Of a stretch of DNA of 64,000 nt, positions 58,305-64,000 are shown in pieces (positions within the stretch are counted from its first letter, which is position 1; every line of letters begins with the position of its first letter). The notes beneath the pieces were generated by a model that searched no databases, was not told where the DNA came from, and saw only the letters and a program-made list of their open reading frames with translations. The position numbers and the translations under genes are program-made. The DNA is taken from positions 1 to 64,000 of the forward strand of contig CAWDXE010000005.1 in assembly GCA_963806185.1 (NCBI GenBank). Direction: 5' to 3'. The stretch comes from an uncultured candidate division Zixibacteria bacterium. Its GTDB lineage: Bacteria > Zixibacteria > MSB-5A5 > GN15 > FEB-12.

Positions 58305-59335
58305 GCCTGGCGCACGAGACGTACGCCAGGCATGGGGCTACGGTGTGCCGCGCTTAACTCAGATTTTTCGTGCAGACATCGTTTTCACTGACCGCGGTTG
58401 TCAGTGTCTCCGGTTATGAATCACTCAAAGTGGCTGGCGTACGTCCCGTGCGCCAGCTGAATGGGATAAGCCGATCCAGTGGCTGGCGTACGTCCCGTGC
58501 GCCAGCCCGGGAGCAATGCTATGCCGGTAACCCGACTTCGCGGACTCAACGGACCCGCCGTAGTCTTCGTGACCACGACGATCATCAACTGGCAGCCTCT
58601 TCTAGCCGACGCGGTTGCAGCCAAAATAGTGTCGAAGCAGTTGGGTGAAACTGTACGGTTCTTTGACACCGAGTTGTACGGGTATGTCGTCATGCCGACA
58701 CACATTCACTTTCTGGTGAGATTGCCTGAGATCGCAGACCTGTCACGCGTTGTGCAGGCGTTCAAGAGACTTTCGGCGCGGACGTTACTGGCTCAAGGAT
58801 TGACATTGGGAAGTGGAGGGGCAGGAGCGCGGACGGCCTCGCGCATCTGGATGCGCCGGTTTGACGATTTGATGATTGGTAACGAGAAGCGGTTCTGGAC
58901 GAAGCTCGAGTACATTCACGACAACCCGGTGAAAGCAGGTCTAGTGAGTGAGGCGACGGAGTGGGTGTTTTCGAGTGCGGCCGACTGGCTGGGGACCGGA
59001 CGAGGGGTGATCGCTGTATCGAAGGAGGTGCGCTGGTGATGCCGATGGTGACGACTCGCGGCCTGGCGCACGAGACGTACGCCAGGCACGGGGCTACAGT
59101 CCGCATGACGGGTTAGGGGGTGTTGTATTGATACGAGCTAAGAGGATCTGCCTAACTCTATCCAAAGTGGCTGGTGTTGCCGATGGTGACGACTCACGGC
59201 CTGGCGCACGAGACGTACGCCAGGCACGGGGGATATAGTGCGTATGACGTGTTAGGGGGTGTTGTATCAATACGAACTGAGAGGATTAGCCTAACTCTAT
59301 CCAAAGTGGCTGGCGTACGTCCCGTGCGCCAGCCG
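58305..59335. repeat. Cognate REP copies around the RAYT, including a ~138-bp tandem duplication
   Basis: Copies near 58306(-), 58430(+), 58479(+), 59062(-), 59200(-), 59307(+); plus-strand copies carry a GTGG head. Confidence 0.88.
58521..59039 (+). mobile_element. REP-associated tyrosine transposase (RAYT, IS200/Y1 HUH family)
   Basis: YVVMPTHIH (HUH), IWMRRFDD, YIHDNPVKAGL..W.FSS; flanked on both sides by inverted CTGGCGTACGTC(C/T)CGTGCGCCAG palindromes. Confidence 0.9.
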
Positions 59336-59394
59336 GCAGGGTTGATGTCGGGGTTAGGGGTGCGAAAGCTGAAGTGGTGCGGCTTGAAGCCGAC

Positions 59395-60576
59395 CTACAC
59401 AACTGAGATAGATTCTTTCAGTTTGTTGATTTCCCGCATGACCTCAGCGGCTGGGCCCTCCGGTAACGCCAAATTGAATTCCACTCTGACTGTCTGGCGT
59501 TCGCCGGTTCGATCAGCCCTGGCCAGTGCCTCGTCAATTTCTCCGCGAACTCGCACGCTGTATTGATCAATCTCCTGAATGATCAGTTCGGCAAAATGAC
59601 TAAGCGGTCCCAAGACTTTCTCATAGCTATCTGCATTTCGAACAGCATTGAACTCGCCAGCCCAACGAATCAGCCGCTCGTATTCCGATGCAATCAGGTC
59701 GGTAACATAGAACACCCTTTGAAAGAACTTATCATCCGACTCTTCCGAGATTGAGTCGCGTAAGAGTTTCGAAAATGCAACCCCAAGATTCTCGACGCTC
59801 GATTGTAAGTCGTTTATCTTCACGAGAAACCAGTCACCGCTCTCGCTCATTTTCCTGAAGTATCGGATCGGGGTACGCATTATCCCGTAATCTAAATCGA
59901 GCTTTTGTGAAGAAAAACCCATTTGCATGTCATCGAGTATCTGGCAAAACAACTTTAGCCTCCAGGCCTCAGGTTTATCGAGCACGAGCTGTAACGCAGA
60001 ATTGGAGAGTCGATCAAACCTCTCACTTCGAACCGACTTCTGGAGTCGTTCTCGCGCACGCAGGCTATCATAAAAAAGCAGAGAGAGCTGATGCCGAAGT
60101 TGTCGGATGATGTCCTCAGAGTTGCCAAAACTGAACACCCATTGATTCTCTGTGCTCCGAATTCCATCCACGAACTCGAATAAGCGGGGGGAATCCACAA
60201 ATGTGGAATAGTCGCCACTAGGATTCGACTTCCAAATAGGGAGCGTTGCCAGCACATCACGATTCACAAAGACAAATGTGGGGATGCCCCTTTCTCGGGC
60301 CGCTGAGTATTCCAAGTTTGTGACGGATTTATCTGAACCTACCACGGTACCATATCGCCTTCCTACGATAAGCACAAAGATGTCCGCGTGTCGGGACACC
60401 ACATCGACGCAGTTTTGAACCGCTGTGTGTTCAGGCCGTACAGGAAATCCGGGAGATTCGGATAAGAGTGGAGACAGCCCAAGCGAGGCAATGAACTGCT
60501 CGATCTCGTTCCGGATGTCCCCCAAGTCAAAACACGTCGAGCTGACGAAGACCGCTGGCGCCGTAGATTGTGCCAT
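59395..60576 (-). CDS. DUF4062-domain protein
   Basis: VFVSSTCFDLGDIR, DIFVLIVGRRYG, SVTNLEY..A..RGIP; lower GC than the flanks. Confidence 0.85.
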   Translation of the reverse strand: MAQSTAPAVFVSSTCFDLGDIRNEIEQFIASLGLSPLLSESPGFPVRPEHTAVQNCVDVVSRHADIFVLIVGRRYGTVVGSDKSVTNLEYSAARERGIPTFVFVNRDVLATLPIWKSNPSGDYSTFVDSPRLFEFVDGIRSTENQWVFSFGNSEDIIRQLRHQLSLLFYDSLRARERLQKSVRSERFDRLSNSALQLVLDKPEAWRLKLFCQILDDMQMGFSSQKLDLDYGIMRTPIRYFRKMSESGDWFLVKINDLQSSVENLGVAFSKLLRDSISEESDDKFFQRVFYVTDLIASEYERLIRWAGEFNAVRNADSYEKVLGPLSHFAELIIQEIDQYSVRVRGEIDEALARADRTGERQTVRVEFNLALPEGPAAEVMREINKLKESISVV

Positions 60577-60949
60577 TCATTACCCCTGTAACTAGATGAT
60601 TCTGTGTTGACCAAGACAGTAAGAAACCACCACAGCCCGACCCCTTGCGGGACCGGGCTGTGTTCCGTGTGTGCTTTCAGATGTGTATTGATGCTTGATA
60701 CTATCTGGCATCAAATCCCCTCTACGCCGCACCCTTCGACTGCGCTCAGGGTGACGGATGAGGTCGCTCTGGGCAACGGGTCAATTGCTCAGGGCGGCGG
60801 GAAAGGTCGCTATGGGCGATGAGAACAGAGCGTCAGGATCACCCGCTAAGAAGCGGGGATCCTGACCTACAAGATTCTAATCTACACGATACGCAGGTCG
60901 AAACCACAAGGGTTTCGACCTACGATCAAATCGATCAAATCAATCAATC

Positions 60950-62601
<1,652 letters not shown>

Positions 62602-62632
62602 TCAATAGTTCTATACTGGACGTTGTGCGGTA

Positions 62633-62927
62633 TTACGCTTTCTGAATGATCGGCGAAAATGTCGGATTCGCGCATGATCAGGTATTCCTCACCGTCGATC
62701 GTGACTTCGGTGCCGGAATACTTGCCGTACAGAACGCGGTCGCCCTTTTTGACTTCGAGGCGGAATCTTCTTGCCTTCTTCGGTGGTGCGACCCGGGCCG
62801 ACTTCGATGACTTCGCCTTCCATCGGCTTCTCTTTGGCGGTATCCGGAATGATGATTCCGCCGCGTTTCACCTCTTCTCCTCGAACGGCTTGACGACGAC
62901 GCGATCAGCAAGCGGTTTGACCTGCAT
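62633..62927 (-). CDS. groES: Co-chaperonin GroES, with apparent frameshifts
   Basis: [51 protein letters not shown] across frames; SD GGAGG. Confidence 0.93.
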
Positions 62928-63009
62928 TGAGAACCTCCATTTGGTTTTTGACAATTTCTACAATCATTAAGATAACCTATTAATGAGGGCTCTAACCGTC
63001 CCTCAATCA

Positions 63010-63036
63010 TTAGCACTCAATTACGAGGAGTGCTAA
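63010..63036. promoter_or_regulatory. CIRCE element (HrcA operator)
   Basis: Perfect TTAGCACTC-N9-GAGTGCTAA upstream of groES. Confidence 0.97.
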
Positions 63037-63536
63037 TAACATTGCATTAAACGGAGAAAGAGTCAAGAGGTTTCCGCAAAAATCGGGCTCGGCGAGATAT
63101 TTGTGATTTTAGGGACGAGCCGCGTATTTCGTTATTTCACAACGTCTTACATGGCCTCTGGCCGTCCCCAAAGCCTTACTGTCAAGCTCGCAGGGAGCCT
63201 GACCTACTTCTCATGTGCCCTATCGACCCTCACCCCAGCTCTTTCGCGAAGGGAGAGGGCGCAAGAGGGGCAGCACATCGTGTCGGGTTTCTCCGCCCCG
63301 CTGACGCGGGACTCCGGAACCCGACCTACCCTACTGTAATACCAGCGAAAGCTGGTATCCAGAGGAGGTCGTAGTGTGGCAAGGCGTGATGGCCCCGTGG
63401 ATTCCGGACCGCTGGTCCGGAACGACAAGGGGGAGTGATGTGGACTCCGAGATTCTGGAGCTTCGCTCCAGGATGACAAGGTAGTTGGTCCGGAATGACA
63501 AGTGAATAGGGACTGTTGACCAGAGTTAGCGAGGCA

Positions 63537-64000
63537 TTAGAAATTGGTGCCGACCTGAATAGGGAGGTCGGTGAAGTGGGCCTCGCCGGTGGAATGTTCA
63601 AGTCGGGCCGTGACGAACCACCGGTGTTTGATGATAATGCCACCCCCCAGGCTTAGGATCAAGCTCCGCTCATCCAGGATGCGGCCACTGGAACCGAAGA
63701 CAATGCCACCGTACCCCTTGGAGTCGATGTTCATATCATTGATGCCAACACCGGCCAGGAGAAACGATTTCAAGCCAGTCGCGTCCGGGCGCGGATAGTA
63801 ATGCAAATCGAGGCCCAGCCAGTAGTTGGTGATTCGGACGTCTACATAGCGACGGTGATCCTCGTCTGTCGAGGTGAAGTCGTCAAAGGCAATGAACGCA
63901 TAAGATACGGATGGGCAGACCCGCAGGACGCGAGACACTCCGATTTCGTGCATGAACGTAAGCGACGCACCGAATTTTGGATTGTCGATCGGATATGAGA
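63537..64000 (-). CDS. Outer-membrane beta-barrel protein, C-terminal part (5' truncated by window)
   Basis: Frame open to the window end; LGLDLHYYP, LSLGGG, C-terminal QVGTNF. Confidence 0.7.
   Translation of the reverse strand, partial: SYPIDNPKFGASLTFMHEIGVSRVLRVCPSVSYAFIAFDDFTSTDEDHRRYVDVRITNYWLGLDLHYYPRPDATGLKSFLLAGVGINDMNIDSKGYGGIVFGSSGRILDERSLILSLGGGIIIKHRWFVTARLEHSTGEAHFTDLPIQVGTNF

Overview
A GC-rich bacterial chromosomal window. Several secreted proteins with C-terminal dockerin-like domains suggest candidate phylum Zixibacteria, but this is an inference. Housekeeping and accessory genes include a prolyl oligopeptidase, ppa, saccharopine dehydrogenase, HIT, site-2 protease, an HD-GYP response regulator, an SbcC/Rad50-like ATPase, malic enzyme, groES-groEL with a perfect CIRCE, and many small outer-membrane barrels. 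They are separated by dense mosaics of several palindromic REP-like repeat families, and a REP-flanked RAYT transposase and a small GIY-YIG nuclease are present. The most striking element is a ~10.6 kb co-oriented phage head-only cluster (21.5-32.1 kb): prohead protease fusion, scaffold-like, decoration-like, HK97-type major capsid, head-connector-like, two signal-peptide proteins and a holin-like gene. I see no portal, large terminase, tail or integrase, and host repeats sit between its genes, so it is a candidate domesticated capsid (GTA-like or nanocompartment) system. Other leads are a tandem-HTH fused pseudo-aconitase lacking its Fe-S ligands, a thioredoxin-fold gene paired with a 6-Cys secreted peptide, three orphan structured-RNA candidates, an allelic gene-end remnant broken at a REP, many apparently leaderless genes, and a flip in repeat polarity and GC skew near 48 kb. 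Frameshifts in groEL/groES and two other genes are most likely sequencing or assembly indels. All calls were made by eye from motifs; no database searches were run.
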